NCBI RefSeq assembly: GCF_048593235.1
Contig: NC_133618.1
Coordinates: 48,022,478 to 48,086,477 of the forward strand
Length of the DNA stretch: 64,000 nucleotides
DNA from: Sminthopsis crassicaudata
Lineage: Eukaryota
Direction: 5' to 3'
How positions within the stretch are numbered: position 1 is the stretch's first letter; each line of letters opens with the position of its first letter. Position numbers and translations under genes: made by a program. Under the pieces are notes generated by a model. That model was not told the DNA's origin, did no database searches, and saw only the letters and a list, made by a program, of their open reading frames with translations. Shown here piece after piece: positions 61,525 through 64,000 of the stretch.

Positions 61525-63421
61525 TCAGAGAATGAGTTGTCTTATCCCCAGCACTTAGGACAGCTCCCTACCTGTGACAAGTAAACGTCTGTTGAATTTA
61601 GGTGATGTTGATTTTGTGATTCACACAGCATGTCCAGTAATTCTCTGTTCACATATTGCTAAAGCCTGGACTGCAAAATCTTAAGCATAACCTTGAGCCA
61701 AAAAACAAAGCAAAGAAACCACCACCACCACAAAACAAAACAAAACAAAAACAAACAAAAAACCCAAAAAACAAAAAACCAACCCATGGACAGTTTTTAA
61801 ATGACAAAAGATATGACAGGAAGATGAGCCTGTTGGGTCAGAAGGTGTCTAATATGCCACTGGATGACAACTATAAGCTCCCATCTTCTACAGGAAGCCC
61901 TTCCTACTTAGTACCTTCTCTCCATTGTTTTTCTATTTATTCTGTTGTAGTTTTTTTTTGCATATTGGTTTGCTTTTGGTCTCCCCCATTAGATTTGTGA
62001 GTTCCTTCAGGGAAATAACTGTATTTTTACTTTTCTTTGTTTCCCCAGTGCTTAGCACAGTGCCTGGAATGTGGCAGACACTAAATAGACACTTAGATTA
62101 AATTACCCAAATGATCACTTAATTACCAAATTACTGGCCTTCTCTCAATTTTCATCCTTCTTGAATTCTCTGGAGCTTCTGACATGGTAGATCCTGGATG
62201 CTCTCCTCTCTGTTTAAGAGATAGTACCTTCTTCCTCTTCCTGGTTTTTCCTTGTACCTACTTGCTCTTCCTCAGCCTCCTTGGTTGCATCTTCCTCTAG
62301 GTCCGTCTCACTAACTGGTGTTTTCCAAGGGTTTGACTCTTGTCACTTTCCTCTTCCATGCAATCTTGCGAAGTGATCTTGACTCCCATTGGTTCAGTCT
62401 CAATATAGATGACTCCCAGATTTACAGTATCCAGCTCTCATCTCTCTCTGGAGCTCCAGGCCCAAATCACCAGCTTTGTTTTAGACAACTCCAGGTGAAT
62501 GTCTAGTAGGTATTTTAAACTCAAAATATAAAATAGAACCACTATCTTTCTCACAGAATTAAAAATCCTCCATTCTTTTCAACTCTGCTATTACTGTTGA
62601 GCGCTCTTACTGTCATCTTGGATTTCACTCATCCTAAATATCCAATTTGTTGTCGTCTTATTTTTTTGGCCTTCAAAGCCTCTTGTATGTTTCCTCGAGT
62701 TTTGGCCAAACTGTCTCATGTCTACACTGTTGCCATGACCACCTGCTTAGCATTCTTACCCACAATCTTTTCTCAGTCTCAGCTGAATCCAATTCAATCA
62801 TTAAAGTGATCACCCCACCCCCACTCAATCAACTCCAGGGGCTCCCTATTCCAGAATCAAGTCGACGAGCATTTATTAAGTACTAACTGTATGTAAAACA
62901 CGCTTTGGTATTTAAAGCCAGTCTTTTTACCTAACTCCTTTTAATATACTGTAGTTGCAATAGCCCACCTCTCGTTAAACAACTCTCTATCTGCTTACTC
63001 TTTTAATTTAATTTAATCTTTTTAAATTTTTTTCGTTAATTCCTTTTTCTTTTAAATTTAATTTTTTTTTCCCTTCCCACTTCCCCACACTGGAAGAAAA
63101 ATAGACTTTGTGACAAATATGTGGTCAGGCAAAACAAATCCACCCCCTTCACCAAATCCCGAATCTGGAGGGTCTCTTCAATATCCTGTTTTATCTTCTG
63201 GGGGAGGGCTTCCCGAGACCCCGCCCCCACCCCCAGTTCTTTTCCTCTGCCCGGATTCCGTGTATACTTATAACACACGGTGTGCGCCCAAGGTCTCTTT
63301 TAAAACAGACCCTTTGTTCTTGTTTTTTTTTTTTTGCCCAGCGCACAGTATACAGTCAACGCCTAATAAGAGGGCTGGAGGGGGTGGGAACCGCGGGGTG
63401 GGGGCGGGGAATCCTTTTTAC

Positions 63422-63452
63422 CTGGGGAGTCTTTGCTTTTGTTAAGTCCCAT
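63422..63452 (-). CDS. SPATA33: SPATA33 exon 1 (gene total 432 nt, 143 aa)
   Basis: MGLNKSKDSP(D), donor CCAG|gtaaaa; resembles the MG(L/Q)SKSK start of eutherian SPATA33; head-to-head with CHMP1A as in human. Confidence 0.8.
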
Positions 63453-63499
63453 AAGTGGGCTCATCCATTCCCCTCACCATGCGCTCGGTCTGCATCCCC

Positions 63500-63922
63500 G
63501 TCCTCACACCCAGCCCCGGCCCATCTCCTCTCCCCGAGCTCAGTCCAGTGTGACTCACAAATAAATCCCGGCATCATCACTACTCGGGACTGCGTGCGGG
63601 ACCCGCCCACCCGCGGGGCACGCTCCTCCCCTTGCCTCCGCCCTGTGGAGGTGGGCGGAGCGTACCCTCCTCACGTGGCTCTGAATGGTCCTCTGGAGAT
63701 GGGCGGGGGGCGGACGAAGGAAAGGGGCGGGACGAGTCCCGCGCCGTTCTCTCGCGAGAAGAGAGGAGAGGCACCAGGAAGGGCATTCCCGGAAGTGCCG
63801 TCTGAGGCGCCGAGGGTCGGCGGGGTCGCCGACGTTGGTCTGACTGCAGCCTCACCTCCCGGTTCCCCGCCTCTGCTCCAGCCCCGCGGTTTCTGAGGCG
63901 CCGCCGCTTCGGCACGTTCGCC
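63500..63922. promoter_or_regulatory. Bidirectional CpG-island promoter, SPATA33 / CHMP1A
   Basis: CpG-dense; E-box tcacgtg (~63671), GC box ggggcggg (63723-63730), palindrome TCTCGCGAGA (63750-63759), ETS motif CCGGAAGTG (63789-63797). Confidence 0.8.
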
Positions 63923-63929
63923 ATGGACG
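63923..63929 (+). CDS. CHMP1A: Charged multivesicular body protein 1A, first coding exon (ATGGACG, MD+G); remainder lies beyond the window
   Basis: Strong Kozak tcgccATGG, then ACG|gtaaga. CHMP1A starts MDD with a 7-nt coding exon 1, and the synteny with SPATA33/CDK10 fits. Only 7 nt are visible. Confidence 0.8.
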
Positions 63930-64000
63930 GTAAGAGGCCGTGCTTAGTTGGAGCCCGCGGCTGAGGAAATGAGACGTTGAGGGGCGGGGAGCGGCCTCCG

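Overview
Mammalian genomic DNA from a marsupial, probably an Australian dasyurid; this is inferred from WSINE1-type CORE-SINEs, Mar1, marsupial-type L1 3' ends and abundant L2. The gene order matches human 16q24.3 read in reverse. From left to right: the last two exons of VPS9D1 (+), an extra intact 6-exon, 243-aa Rossmann-fold/SDR-like gene (-), SPATA2L (+, 435 aa), CDK10 (-, 13 exons, 364 aa), SPATA33 (-, 3 exons, 143 aa) and the first coding exon of CHMP1A (+), head-to-head with SPATA33. All exons were assembled by hand from GT/AG sites and their phases are consistent. The main discovery is the SDR-like gene. To my knowledge it has no counterpart in this interval in human, it lacks the canonical YxxxK catalytic motif, and its exon-5 splice acceptor is tandemly triplicated. 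Other notable items are a gag-only betaretrovirus-like ERV with both LTRs, PBS, PPT and a 6-bp TSD, a related ERV 3' fragment, a betaretroviral env remnant next to the CDK10 promoter, two 7SL retrocopies, and several local direct and inverted duplications. There is one 406-N assembly gap, which is intronic. Homology calls are from memory of the protein families; no searches were run.
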